The notes under the pieces are model-generated. The model did not search any database and was not told where the DNA came from. It worked only from the letters and a program-made list of their open reading frames with translations. This document shows positions 18,501 through 28,489 of a DNA stretch of 64,000 nucleotides, in pieces (position 1 is the first letter of the stretch; the number at the start of each line of letters is the position of its first letter). A program made the position numbers and the translations under genes. The DNA is from Patescibacteria group bacterium UBA2772 (GTDB taxonomy: Bacteria; Patescibacteriota; Minisyncoccia; Moranbacterales; DUUL01): positions 46,831 to 110,830 of the forward strand of contig DEIO01000009.1 of assembly GCA_002352545.1 (NCBI GenBank), written 5' to 3'.

Positions 18501-21082
18501 ATATGACGCCAACCACTTCCAGCCTCCATAACTTCTTCTGCAATAATTGTTGTTTTATTACCATTATTATCCTCAAATTGACAAGTAATTTGACTATCAG
18601 TTGAAGACGAATAACACCAATGCTTTCTATGTAAATCAGAGCCTAGACCTAATATACCAGCATTGGTATTTTCACTATTCACCTTTACCCAAAAAGAGGA
18701 AGAGGCTGCTGAAACATTGTTCAAAATCGTGCTAGCGCCCAAATCAACATAATCCCCAACCCCATCAAACATTCCACCGCCTCCATATTTACCTCCCTGT
18801 ATCATAGCATCACCAGCAGAAGTCCCATGGTTCCCATTTCCAGAAATATCAATCACTTCTCCGTTTGTACCATTCCAATTTGCCTCATCCATTCTCCAAT
18901 GTCCAACCAAACCATCACTCATCCATTTATCAGATTCGCCTCCGAAGGAAACGTTTGTACCTTTTTTTGTACTAGCCCCAGCAAGCCCAGCGTTATAATC
19001 TTGTTTGATTTGATCCTCGCTACGGACATAATTGTAAATTTTGACCTCATCAATAGAACCATCTAATTTCATATTATCAGCACCATCCCCAATTAAAAAA
19101 GGGGTATCTGTATTTGTAAAATCTGTTGCCACATTTATCACCTTAGAACTATCAAGCTTTCCATTTACCCATATTTCCATTTTGTTTCCAGACAAAAAAG
19201 TAGCTACTACATAATACCAAGTGTTTGCAGAAAAATTAGTAACTGAAAGCATCTTGTTGTTTAGATCAAAAGAAGAATTATTCTCTTGAACATTCCATAC
19301 TAAAGCACTGCCATCATCTATCAATCCATTATTGGCATTCCCTAATCCAAGAAAAAATTCCCTCTTATTATTAGCCGCATCATATTTTGACACAATCCCT
19401 TTTCTTGTTTCTGATGATTCCCCGTTAACTGGGACCTTATCAAATCTAACCCAGGCTGCTACTGTAATCTTGTCTTGTGTTAAATTAATATCACCAATAT
19501 CAATATAGTCGTCTACACCATCAAACTCTAAACATTTTCCACTCACACATCCGCTCTTGTCTTTCCACGTTGCTCCTGAAATTGTTCCGTCGTTTCCTCC
19601 AAAACCTTCATCATGCGCGGTTGTGCCATAACCTTCATCAAAGCTCCAATAACCAATTGGATTCCCGGGACTTTCCTGCTGAGTGCTGATTGCAAAAAAA
19701 GTTGAAGGATCGTCTTGATTATTATATTCAGTTTCGATCCAATCCGCCGAACGAACAGAAGTAGAAATTTTAACTTCATCTAATATACCGTTGTGTTCAT
19801 CTATATCGTACCCTTGTCCTTTTAAAGACAAAAAAGCATTTGCTCCAGAAGTATCAATATCAGACAATTGTCCATTTATTGACCCATCTAAAACACCATT
19901 GAGATAAACCTTTAGAGTTCCTCCTTCTCGCGTCCCTGTCACAAAAAACCATTCCCCGGAACCTAACGTGGAGCCACCCAGAACACTAAGATCATTACTG
20001 TCTGAATCCCTAGAGTACAATCCGATAACATTATTGTTCGTGATCCTAAAAGACATTAAAGAGGTTATAGAAGTTGATCTTTTCGCATAAATTACATTCC
20101 ACAAATTGGTTTCATCTCGTCTTATCCAAGCCGATGCAGTGAAGTTTCCCACTCCAATATCTAAAGAATCTTTGTCCCCAAATCCCACGTTGTCATCATT
20201 TCCATCAAAATCAAGACCTTCGGCTATTTTAGAATTTACAAGATTCGCTAATATCATCGTCCCCGCAGAAGTTCCATCATTGTTATTTATAGTTGAATCC
20301 AAAATTTGCGGTGCGGTTCCACTCGGATCCTCGTTCATATGTTGCACCATCACAAAATCATCATCCCAAACATTTTCCGCATCTTGCTGTGAAGATGCTG
20401 TGAAATTTCCATAGTACATTTCAATTTTTGTATCAATTGAAGAAGAAAGTATGGGAATTTTCACCCAAGCTATTAAAGTTCCTGTTGCACTGTCATAACT
20501 TTCAATTTCATGGAAAAGTTTTTTATTAGTTAGAACAAAAGCAATGTCATCACCATCTTCTTGTGTTTTGGCAATCAAGTCTGAATCAATAAAAGAAACT
20601 AGCACTGGGAAATCAGTTAGATCGCCTGTAACTTTTGTGTGATCAATTTCCAAAACTTTACGATAATCCCATTCATCACTCCACCAAGTTGCTTTTGCTT
20701 CTTGAGCACCTCTATTAAAAACAAAAAGAAAAGTTCCACCAACAATTATCAAAAGAAACACAAAAGACCCAAAGGCACTCACAAATGGATGGCAAGTCCA
20801 AAACTTTTTATTGAATTTTTTAAAATATGATTTGAAAGATTTCCACTCTTTTGCTACAAAAAGAGTTTTCCAAAAAGCATAGAAAGGAGAAATTGGATTT
20901 CTTTTTATTAGGAATTTCAAAACAGCTATGACTTGATTTTCATAGAATTCCCAAGTTAGTAATTTTTTGAGTTTTTTTATTCTCAAAAATGTGGAGAACT
21001 TGCCTGCGTACCTAAAGACAATTACAATTATTTTTTTGCAATATTTAGAAAGTAAATTGTTTTTGGTTTTGTTTAGTTTCAA
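15566..21082 (-). CDS. Giant membrane-anchored surface protein: DUF2341 plus seven LamG-like jelly-roll domains
   Basis: Transmembrane segment near aa 100-122; WWSDEWDYRK...DFPVLV...DIAF...AWVKIP...MYYGN (DUF2341); seven units W.FDEG...LEFDG.DDY...WYH...G.IDEV.IYNY; start codon uncertain. Confidence 0.85.
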   Translation of the reverse strand: MKLNKTKNNLLSKYCKKIIVIVFRYAGKFSTFLRIKKLKKLLTWEFYENQVIAVLKFLIKRNPISPFYAFWKTLFVAKEWKSFKSYFKKFNKKFWTCHPFVSAFGSFVFLLIIVGGTFLFVFNRGAQEAKATWWSDEWDYRKVLEIDHTKVTGDLTDFPVLVSFIDSDLIAKTQEDGDDIAFVLTNKKLFHEIESYDSATGTLIAWVKIPILSSSIDTKIEMYYGNFTASSQQDAENVWDDDFVMVQHMNEDPSGTAPQILDSTINNNDGTSAGTMILANLVNSKIAEGLDFDGNDDNVGFGDKDSLDIGVGNFTASAWIRRDETNLWNVIYAKRSTSITSLMSFRITNNNVIGLYSRDSDSNDLSVLGGSTLGSGEWFFVTGTREGGTLKVYLNGVLDGSINGQLSDIDTSGANAFLSLKGQGYDIDEHNGILDEVKISTSVRSADWIETEYNNQDDPSTFFAISTQQESPGNPIGYWSFDEGYGTTAHDEGFGGNDGTISGATWKDKSGCVSGKCLEFDGVDDYIDIGDINLTQDKITVAAWVRFDKVPVNGESSETRKGIVSKYDAANNKREFFLGLGNANNGLIDDGSALVWNVQENNSSFDLNNKMLSVTNFSANTWYYVVATFLSGNKMEIWVNGKLDSSKVINVATDFTNTDTPFLIGDGADNMKLDGSIDEVKIYNYVRSEDQIKQDYNAGLAGASTKKGTNVSFGGESDKWMSDGLVGHWRMDEANWNGTNGEVIDISGNGNHGTSAGDAMIQGGKYGGGGMFDGVGDYVDLGASTILNNVSAASSSFWVKVNSENTNAGILGLGSDLHRKHWCYSSSTDSQITCQFEDNNGNKTTIIAEEVMEAGSGWRHISNTYDGEIHKLYVDGVLSGSDSSISSILDTSGTNYIGKIDQFNNFNGQIDEVRVYNRALSPNEVKKLYEYAPGPVLDLKLDEKEGTVAYDKSGYENNATFHNSPTWTRGKYGNGLHFQDNTIDYIETPKDSSLNFSKAAGITLESWIYLETASDEHSIMSGWDGDVNMTDSSYWKVDNQNSQNYKIRNMIPGGVERSVSTTWDMNKWYFLSYTYDGETEMLYRDGVSVGSWAQTGNIEYEDEVGIMIGTAVQRTEDFDGKLDDVKIYNYARTQKQILEDMSTGNPAGKSPILHLSFDEGQGGVAYDESTHGNDGVLTPSTGGTNTTVASMWKKGGKIGGMIELDGTDDKIITPNSAALENLDAFSLSFWANLAGNYYSTAFFAKGVFYSGGHGWQLITDGSSNSGVLMFIRHYDTSNLSIVTEGGFLERDTWNYYTLTTDGTGSADGVHIYKNGIETSYGTKSDAAGTRDSDVAYDFVIGDTSSGGLWNYNGLMDEIKIWNYVISEDKIKYEYNGGKAMSLGGENTTANNNGTTVTGALTKYCVPGDTDTCDAPVLELDFDEKSGTTAYDKSGNGNDGTLTRMDSNTDWVRGKYGSALEFDGTDDYINIGNDSSLDITGNNITLEAWIKPIVSGMNRGWIIWKTSGWWDNQGYGMRINTNDRVEFYTRIKNNFVTSSVLQDNEWYHIVGIYDGINANLYINGILNATNTYTVPIVSNNSNALIGSNGGEFFDGKIDNVLIYNYTRTPSQIAWDYNKGKPFAHWKMDEGNGIVVHDESGNGNDGTMMNMDEDVDWTNGKFGKALDFDFVNDYVKIPDTTNSVFDIDSNISISVWVKPATVSGFDAYLRTVLTKGQYDSQAYGFYWDSGDGQLEFVLNNGIERLTVDYDYADRVGQWVHLIATYDSSFIKIYADGKLLGTKAYSATLPIDNDPICLGWDEDSTKDRYFKGVIDDVQIFNYALNKEQVKNVYNGGVIRFE

Positions 21083-21244
21083 TTTTTCTGTTAATTAAAT
21101 TTAAGTGTTGCACTATTTCAGATTCTATTAAAAACCAAAACCACAACAAGATAGATTGCTCTTGTATCATTATATAATAAAACTTATAATAAGGCTATCC
21201 AAAAAGCTCTAATAAAAACCTTTTAAAAGGATACTAAACATACT

Positions 21245-22984
21245 ATGAAAAAAACCTCTCTTACACCATTTGAACTATTCTCATTATCATGGATAAGCAT
21301 CGCTCTTTTTGCTTTGATAATAGCACTGTTTGGCATTTTCTATGATTTGTTGATTATTGGATGGATTATTTTGCTTTTGATTTTTATTTTCGATTCAATT
21401 AAAAAACAACGATTCGTTCTGAAGCCCCACACTCAAAGAGAGATTTTGGTTTTTGCATTTATAACGTCCATTGGAATTCTTCTTAGTGCATTCGTAACCC
21501 CAACAATTTTTGGAGGAAGAGACGAGGGATCACTTGCAACGAACGCAATACTACTAAGCAAAAATCACTCATTGAATTATTCAAATGAAACAATCAATCA
21601 GTTTTTTAATATCTACGGACCTGGTAAGGCTTTGAATTTCCCTGGTTTTTTCTATACACAAGAAGGAACATTACGAAGTCAATTTCTACCAGCATACCCT
21701 AGTTGGTTAGCCGTATTTCATTCACTTTTTGGTTATAATGGTTTGAAATTTGCAAATCTGTTACCGTTTATCACTTTTATCTTTTCATTCTTTTTGATCT
21801 TACAAAAATTTTCTACTCGAAAAAACTCCCCATTTCTAGGAGTGTTATCGTTGATAACTCTCTTCCCTATAACACTCTTTTATAAATTTACTTTAACAGA
21901 AACTTTTTTTGCTGCGCTAATTTGGTTCTCCATTCATTTTATAATTCGTCACTTAGAAGAGAAAAGCTTTCTAACTTTCCTACTTACCTTTATCCCTCTA
22001 TTTATAACTCCTTTTTTAAGAATTGAATCTATCGGGTTTGGCTTTATGCTTTTGTTTATGCTTATTCTTTTAGATTTTGAAAGGATGAAATTGCCCAAAT
22101 ACAAATTGCTATTTGTATTATGCGGAATTGTAGCAGTATCTTCATTTATGATAAATGCTCACTTTTTTACAGAAACAATTAAAAACTTTGCTAATATTTC
22201 TCCAATTGAAAACTTAAAGGATACAACTAAGCAGAAAGATTTTTCACTTATCCCAAAAGATTGGAGGAATTTTTACATGTTAAAAATCTTGTTTAATTAT
22301 AATATCCTACCTTTTATTATCTTAGGGGCATCCTTTATATTCGCTCTTTTTAGAAATAAAAATTGGAAGATGTTAAGTCCCTTTATCTTCCTATCCCCAT
22401 CCCTTATCTATCTTATAGATGCTAATATATCATTAGATCACCCATGGATGTTGAGAAGGTTTGTTTTTGCTATTATTCCAATTTCCCTTTTATACGGAAT
22501 TCTTTTAATAGAAAGAACTGCTTCCACTAAAAGGTTGCCTTTATACATTGCTGGAATTCTAATACTGTTAAATCTGACATATGCGTTACCCTTTGCTACG
22601 TATTCACAAAACAAGGGTTTGCTAGAAAAAACAAGTCAATTAATGTCCGGATTTAATGAAAATGATTTAATTCTAGTAAGTCAGAAGGCTTCAGGTGATG
22701 GTTGGTCACTTCTTTCCGAACCAACAAAAACAATTCTAGAAAAAAATGCCATTTATTTCTTCAATCAAAATGACCTTGCAAAAATAGACGCCTCTAAGTT
22801 CGAGAATATCTATCTAGTGACTTCAGATGAAGAGTTACATCTTTATAACTCCTTAAGCAAAACAAAAATAAGAGACTACGCTCTCTCTAATACAATAGTC
22901 TCACCATCCAAAGACCCTCTATCTTCACCTGGCACAAAGAAGATAGATACCAAAGGAACTGTTTTCAAAATAAACAAAAACTAG
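21245..22984 (+). CDS. Polytopic membrane protein, probable GT-C fold (PMT/ArnT-like) glycosyltransferase
   Basis: More than 10 hydrophobic segments; GGRDEG acidic motif in the first large loop; QFLPAYP, LTET and HPWMLRRF. Confidence 0.6.
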   Translation: MKKTSLTPFELFSLSWISIALFALIIALFGIFYDLLIIGWIILLLIFIFDSIKKQRFVLKPHTQREILVFAFITSIGILLSAFVTPTIFGGRDEGSLATNAILLSKNHSLNYSNETINQFFNIYGPGKALNFPGFFYTQEGTLRSQFLPAYPSWLAVFHSLFGYNGLKFANLLPFITFIFSFFLILQKFSTRKNSPFLGVLSLITLFPITLFYKFTLTETFFAALIWFSIHFIIRHLEEKSFLTFLLTFIPLFITPFLRIESIGFGFMLLFMLILLDFERMKLPKYKLLFVLCGIVAVSSFMINAHFFTETIKNFANISPIENLKDTTKQKDFSLIPKDWRNFYMLKILFNYNILPFIILGASFIFALFRNKNWKMLSPFIFLSPSLIYLIDANISLDHPWMLRRFVFAIIPISLLYGILLIERTASTKRLPLYIAGILILLNLTYALPFATYSQNKGLLEKTSQLMSGFNENDLILVSQKASGDGWSLLSEPTKTILEKNAIYFFNQNDLAKIDASKFENIYLVTSDEELHLYNSLSKTKIRDYALSNTIVSPSKDPLSSPGTKKIDTKGTVFKINKN

Positions 22985-22995
22985 ACTATGCACTT

Positions 22996-24096
22996 ATGAA
23001 TAAGTCTGAGACAGAAAGATTATACACTCTCGGTTTCAGTTTTATTCCATCAATTGGCCCTAAAAAGTTTGAAATGATGGAACTGTTTTTTGACTCGCTT
23101 GAACATGCTTGGTTTGCAAATAAGAAAACTTTACTTCTTTCTGGCATAGGAGAAAGAGCGGCTAATTCAATTATTGAAAATCGACAAGATATTTCCCCAA
23201 AAAAAGAACTTAATTTACTTAAAAAGAAAAAAATCTTTTTTATCACAAAAAATGATACTTATTTTCCTGTCCTACTAAAAGAGATTCACTCACCTCCTTT
23301 TTTACTTTTCTACACCGGAAATGTCGAAATTTTAAATAAAAAAATAATAGCCTTGGTAGGACCTCGTTTACCATCACATTATGGGAAGAGCGTTGCGATA
23401 AAATTTGCAGACGAACTTTCTAACGCTGGAATCATTATTGCAAGTGGAATGGCTCAGGGAATTGATTCTATTGCACATAGAGTTTGCTATGAAAATAACA
23501 GACCAACAATAGCAGTGTTGGGTTGTGGCATTGAAAATGCTAAACAAAAAATTTCAGACAAAAAACAGATTGCTTCCATCATTTCAAATGAAGGCATTGT
23601 TTTGTCTGAATATCCTCCGTTAACTAAATCAGCAAAGTATACTTTCCCCGCAAGAAATAGAATTGTCAGTGGTCTTTCATTAGGAACTATTGTTGCTGAG
23701 GCCGGCGAAAGAAGCGGAACACTTATAACAGCAAGATTATCATTAGAGCAAAACAGGGAGCTTTTTGTAATTCCAGGAAATATTTTCTCAAAACAATCAA
23801 TAGGAACAAATCAATTATTAAAAAAAGGGGCTATGCCAACAACTTGTATAGAAGATATTTTTACCTCTCTTAATTTTGTATATAATTCAAAAAAGGAAAA
23901 TCCATCTGATTGCAAATCCTTTACTGATAAAAATGAAGAACTTATTTATAAAACACTTTCATTAGAACCAATTCATATTGATGTTTTAGCAAGGAAAACA
24001 AACCTTGCTCATTCAGAACTCTTATCGAAACTTTCCATATTAGAACTTAACAGTTTAGTGCAAAATATTGGTGGTGGAATGTTTATAAAAAAATAG
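22996..24096 (+). CDS. dprA: DNA-processing protein DprA
   Basis: IASGMAQGIDSIAH, FPARNRIVSGLS, SGTLITA and a C-terminal winged helix. Confidence 0.96.
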   Translation: MNKSETERLYTLGFSFIPSIGPKKFEMMELFFDSLEHAWFANKKTLLLSGIGERAANSIIENRQDISPKKELNLLKKKKIFFITKNDTYFPVLLKEIHSPPFLLFYTGNVEILNKKIIALVGPRLPSHYGKSVAIKFADELSNAGIIIASGMAQGIDSIAHRVCYENNRPTIAVLGCGIENAKQKISDKKQIASIISNEGIVLSEYPPLTKSAKYTFPARNRIVSGLSLGTIVAEAGERSGTLITARLSLEQNRELFVIPGNIFSKQSIGTNQLLKKGAMPTTCIEDIFTSLNFVYNSKKENPSDCKSFTDKNEELIYKTLSLEPIHIDVLARKTNLAHSELLSKLSILELNSLVQNIGGGMFIKK

Positions 24097-24333
24097 CTTT
24101 CTATAAAATAGAACCTGCTGAAGTCAGATGATTTTTTTGACTTTTTGTAAAAACTCTTTACTATCTAAATTAGTTGTGTTATTTATAGACTTTGATCTTT
24201 TGTATATTACACTCAGCGTTTAATGCCGACAATAAAGGATAAACTTAAATTTAGTGTTAAGTGTTTTTATATTACACTATCCTAAAAACTCTATGCTATT
24301 ACATACCAAATATATCTACCTAAATATCATCCT

Positions 24334-26517
24334 ATGAAGTTAATGATTGTTGAGTCTCCAGCAAAAGCAAAGACTATTTCTAAATACCTAGACGATAAAT
24401 ACACCGTCAGGGCATCTGTTGGTCACGTTCGTGATTTACCAAAGAGCAATAAAAAGGCTATCGATTTCGAAAATAATTTTGCCCCATCCTATGAAATATC
24501 AGAAGGAAAAGAGCAAATTGTAGCAGAAATCAAAGAATTAGCTAGTAAATCAAAAGAGGTTGTATTGGCAACTGACCCTGATCGAGAAGGTGAAGCTATT
24601 GCTTGGCATATAGCAGAAGCCATTGGACTAAAAAACCCAAAGCGTGTAACTTTTAATGAAATTACAAAAGACGCAGTTACTAATGCCATGAAAAGTCCAC
24701 GCAAAATAGACATGGATTTAAAAGAAGCTCAAGAAACTAGAAGAGTTCTTGACAGACTTTTTGGTTATGATCTTTCTGGTCTTATTTGGAAAAAAGTACG
24801 CTATGGACTTTCTGCTGGAAGAGTTCAGTCTCCTGCACTTAGAATTATTATGGAGAAAGAACGAGAAATCAGAGCTTTCAATTCACATACTTATTGGATC
24901 ATAACAGCATTACTTTTAAACAAAAATAAAGAACTTTTAAACGTCACTTGTCAGGAAGAACCAATCAGTAAAGATGTTATTGACGAAATTGTTGCTGCTG
25001 GAAAAAAGCAAACCTGGACAATAACTGATATAAAAGAAACAAGTGCTAAGAGGTCACCAAAAGCACCTTTTATCACATCTACTCTACAGCAAGCTGCAAG
25101 TTCAAGATTGGGGTTTCCACCATCAAAAACAATGTCTGTTGCTCAAAAGTTATATGAAGCTGGACACATCACCTATATGAGAACTGATAGCACAAATATT
25201 AGTTCTCAGGCTAAAAATCAAATAAAAGAAATAATTACAAAGGAGCTCGGAAAAGAATATTACTCTGATAGGTTTTTTGGCAAAAAAAGTAAAAGCGCGC
25301 AAGAAGCTCATGAAGCAGTTAGACCTTCGGATTTAACAAAAAGGGAATGCGGAAAAGCTCCAGATCAAAAAAAGCTTTATGATTTAATTTGGAGAAGAAC
25401 AGTTGCTTCGCAAATGAGCGATGCAAAAATTCTAAGGACGAAAATCATTGTTTCACTAGAAGACGCAAAACTACCGAAATTTGCAGTCAAAGGCTCTCGA
25501 GTTTTATTTGATGGTTGGTACAACATTGACAGTGCATCAAGAGGTGAAGATGTTGAAGTTCCAATAGTTGAGAAAGGAGAAAAATTGAAATTTAAAAAAA
25601 TAGACACTGAAGAAAAAGAAACTCAGCCACCTAATCGCTATTCAGAAGCCGGGCTCATTAAGGAATTAGAAAAAAGAGGAATTGGTAGACCTTCTACTTA
25701 TGCCCCAACATTACAAACCCTTAGAAATCGTGGTTACGTAGAGAAAATTGGTAGCGCACTACACCCAACTGATACTGGTGATGTTGTAAGTTCTTTTGTT
25801 GAGAAAAATTTTGCTAAATACATTAGTGATTCCTTTACTGCTGACATGGAAAATAAACTAGATAAGATCTCTGAAGGAAAAAATACTTATAAAGAGACTC
25901 TTTCTAAATTCTATAAACCTTTTACAAAAGATATTTTATCCAAAGAAAAAATGGATAAAATAACGACTCTAGGAAAAGCCGACGCAAAATTTAAGTGTCC
26001 AGAGTGTGGCGGAAAAATGGTTATTAAATTAGGAAAAGCTGGTAAATTTATTAGTTGTGCAAAATTCCCAGAATGCTCTGGCGCACTAACTATCGAGGGA
26101 AAGAAAATTGAGAGACCTAAAATGCTAAAAGAGAAATGCCCAAAATGTGGAAATTTCTTAGTAGAAAAAGAAGGTCGCTTTGGAAAATTCATTGCCTGCA
26201 GTAACTACCCTAAGTGTAAATTCATCAAAAATGACCCAGAGGAGGAAGCTAAGAAAAAAACAGGAGTTATGTGCCCTATTTGTAAAAAAGGCGAAATGAC
26301 AGAACGTAATGGACGTTTTGGAGCGTTTTATAGTTGCTCTAACTACCCAGATTGTAAATATGCAATCAAAGCAAAGCCAACTGGAAAAATTTGTACTTAC
26401 AAAAGGAAAGAAAAAGAGAATGGGATATGCGGATCACTTATGATAGAAGGAACAAAAACAATACCTGAGCGCTGCAGTGACAAAACTTGCCCCAACCACA
26501 ACCCACATAAATTATAG
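24334..26517 (+). CDS. topA: DNA topoisomerase I with C-terminal zinc ribbons
   Basis: IVESPAKAKTI, ATDPDREGEAIAWH, SAGRVQS, catalytic ITYMRTDS and CxxC repeats. Confidence 0.98.
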   Translation: MKLMIVESPAKAKTISKYLDDKYTVRASVGHVRDLPKSNKKAIDFENNFAPSYEISEGKEQIVAEIKELASKSKEVVLATDPDREGEAIAWHIAEAIGLKNPKRVTFNEITKDAVTNAMKSPRKIDMDLKEAQETRRVLDRLFGYDLSGLIWKKVRYGLSAGRVQSPALRIIMEKEREIRAFNSHTYWIITALLLNKNKELLNVTCQEEPISKDVIDEIVAAGKKQTWTITDIKETSAKRSPKAPFITSTLQQAASSRLGFPPSKTMSVAQKLYEAGHITYMRTDSTNISSQAKNQIKEIITKELGKEYYSDRFFGKKSKSAQEAHEAVRPSDLTKRECGKAPDQKKLYDLIWRRTVASQMSDAKILRTKIIVSLEDAKLPKFAVKGSRVLFDGWYNIDSASRGEDVEVPIVEKGEKLKFKKIDTEEKETQPPNRYSEAGLIKELEKRGIGRPSTYAPTLQTLRNRGYVEKIGSALHPTDTGDVVSSFVEKNFAKYISDSFTADMENKLDKISEGKNTYKETLSKFYKPFTKDILSKEKMDKITTLGKADAKFKCPECGGKMVIKLGKAGKFISCAKFPECSGALTIEGKKIERPKMLKEKCPKCGNFLVEKEGRFGKFIACSNYPKCKFIKNDPEEEAKKKTGVMCPICKKGEMTERNGRFGAFYSCSNYPDCKYAIKAKPTGKICTYKRKEKENGICGSLMIEGTKTIPERCSDKTCPNHNPHKL

Positions 26518-26555
26518 ATATTAAAAAAACAATTAACATTCCATGCTATGTTTTT

Positions 26556-27305
26556 TTATTTTTTGGTCATCTTATCAAAAGCTCTTAAGACCTCAAGTGG
26601 TATAGCGAATATAACCGTATTAGATTGGTCAGAGCTTAAATCATTTAATGTACTCAATGTTCTTAGATGTAAAGCTCCAGGAGTTTTTGAAAGTGTACCT
26701 GCAGCTTTTGATAAATCTTCTGAGGCCTGAACCTCTCCTTCCGCTTTAATAATAACAGCACGTTTTTCTCTCTCTGCTTCAGCCTGCTTTCCAATAACAC
26801 GCTTCATTTCTTCTGGCAAATTCACATCCTTAAGTTCAACTGATTGAACTGCTATTCCCCAAGCATCAGTTGCTTTATCAACTATGATTCTTATCTTATT
26901 TGCTATCTCGTCACGATTAGCCAATAATTCATCTAATGTCGCTTCACCCACAACATTTCTCATTGTTGTTTGCGCAAGCTGAGAGACTGCAAAATAAAAA
27001 TCTTCTACTTCCAAAATAGCCTTTTCTGCGCTTGCCACCTTATAATAAATAACGGCATTAACTCCAACTGAAATATTATCCCTTGTAATAGCTTCTTGAT
27101 CTGGAACATCGACAGCTTTTATTCTCATGTCCACTTTTCTATAGCCTTGAAAAACGGGAATTACCAACCTCCACCCTGGCTCCATAATTCCAACAAATTT
27201 ACCAAATGTAAATTTTATACCTTTTTCGTACTGATTTACTTGCTTAATAGAAACAGCTAGTATTATTAGAATGAATATGAATAACGGGAAAATTTCTGGA
27301 AACAT
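26556..27305 (-). CDS. SPFH/band-7 (slipin/stomatin-like) protein
   Basis: QEAITRDNISVGVNAVIYY, QLAQTTMRNVVG and QAEAEREKRA. Confidence 0.92.
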   Translation of the reverse strand: MFPEIFPLFIFILIILAVSIKQVNQYEKGIKFTFGKFVGIMEPGWRLVIPVFQGYRKVDMRIKAVDVPDQEAITRDNISVGVNAVIYYKVASAEKAILEVEDFYFAVSQLAQTTMRNVVGEATLDELLANRDEIANKIRIIVDKATDAWGIAVQSVELKDVNLPEEMKRVIGKQAEAEREKRAVIIKAEGEVQASEDLSKAAGTLSKTPGALHLRTLSTLNDLSSDQSNTVIFAIPLEVLRAFDKMTKK

Positions 27306-27358
27306 TTTGTTGATTCTTAATTATTATATTTGAATTATAACATATAAAAACTACTTGC

Positions 27359-28471
27359 TCATTCAACTTTAGAATACTTTGAAATATTAAGTAGAATTCC
27401 AACAGCAGTCATCACAAAAACTAATGACGTAGCTCCGTAACTAACAAAAGGAAGTGGTATTCCTGTAAGAGGTATTAGTCCTATAATAGCTGCTATATTG
27501 ATAAAAGCTTGAAAAATAATCCAGGAAGAAATCCCAATTGCCACTAGTGCTGAAAATTTATCAGGAGCATTTCTAGCAATTTTAAACCCTCTCATCGCAA
27601 ACAAAACAAACAACGTTAACAAAACAACTGCTCCGACCATTCCAAGTTCCTCGCTTATAATTGCATAGATACTATCACCAACAGGTTCAGGCAAATAGTT
27701 AAATTTCTGACGAGATTGTCCAAATCCTAAACCAAAAATTCCTCCTGAACCAACAGCAATAAGCGCTTGATTGATTTGATAACCAATCCCCTGTGGATCA
27801 ATTGTTGAATCATGAAATGCTTTTAGTCTATTTAGACGATACGGCGCTACTGCAATAAGAGTTGCTAAAAGCCCAACTCCCAGACCAACAAGAGAAAGAA
27901 TAAATCTTATTGGGACACCTGAAACAAAAAACATTACCAGTGATATAATAGAAATTGCACCTAATGTCCCAACATCTGGTTGTTTAATCACCAAAAAACC
28001 CACAAGTCCCATAATACCAACAAAAGGCAAAAGACCATCTTTGAAATCTTTTATCACTTCTCCTTTAGATTCAATCCAAACTGCGAGATATAAAATTATT
28101 GCCAATTTCATAAATTCAGTTGGTTGAAATTGAATTGACCCCAATGCCAGCCACCTACTTGCACCCTGCAATTTCACACCAAACCCAGGTATAAAAATCA
28201 AAATTAGAAATAGCACCGCTAAAGCAAACAACGGAACGGCAATTTTCTTCCAAATACTGTAGTGTATTTTCTGAAAGAAAACTAAACAGACTAATCCTGG
28301 GATTACTCCGTAGAATAGTTGTCTTCGAAAAAGATGATATTCGTCACCAAAGCGATCCTTGGAAATAGCAATTCCTGCCGAAGATATCATAACCAAACCA
28401 AAAGCAAGTAGTATCAGAACTACTCCCAATATGATAGGATCAACTTTTTGTTTTGCTTTTTTCTTTGCCAT
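27359..28471 (-). CDS. ftsW: SEDS peptidoglycan polymerase FtsW
   Basis: GASRWL...FQPTEFMK, QPDVGT, GYQINQALIAVGSGG and GIPLPFVSYG. Confidence 0.92.
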   Translation of the reverse strand: MAKKKAKQKVDPIILGVVLILLAFGLVMISSAGIAISKDRFGDEYHLFRRQLFYGVIPGLVCLVFFQKIHYSIWKKIAVPLFALAVLFLILIFIPGFGVKLQGASRWLALGSIQFQPTEFMKLAIILYLAVWIESKGEVIKDFKDGLLPFVGIMGLVGFLVIKQPDVGTLGAISIISLVMFFVSGVPIRFILSLVGLGVGLLATLIAVAPYRLNRLKAFHDSTIDPQGIGYQINQALIAVGSGGIFGLGFGQSRQKFNYLPEPVGDSIYAIISEELGMVGAVVLLTLFVLFAMRGFKIARNAPDKFSALVAIGISSWIIFQAFINIAAIIGLIPLTGIPLPFVSYGATSLVFVMTAVGILLNISKYSKVE

Positions 28472-28489
28472 TTTTATTAACAATAGATT

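Noticed and set aside
19101-19109. GGGGTATCT match to the AbrB operator box inside the LamG gene
   Set aside because: Single partial copy in coding sequence without the triple-box and -10 geometry; likely chance
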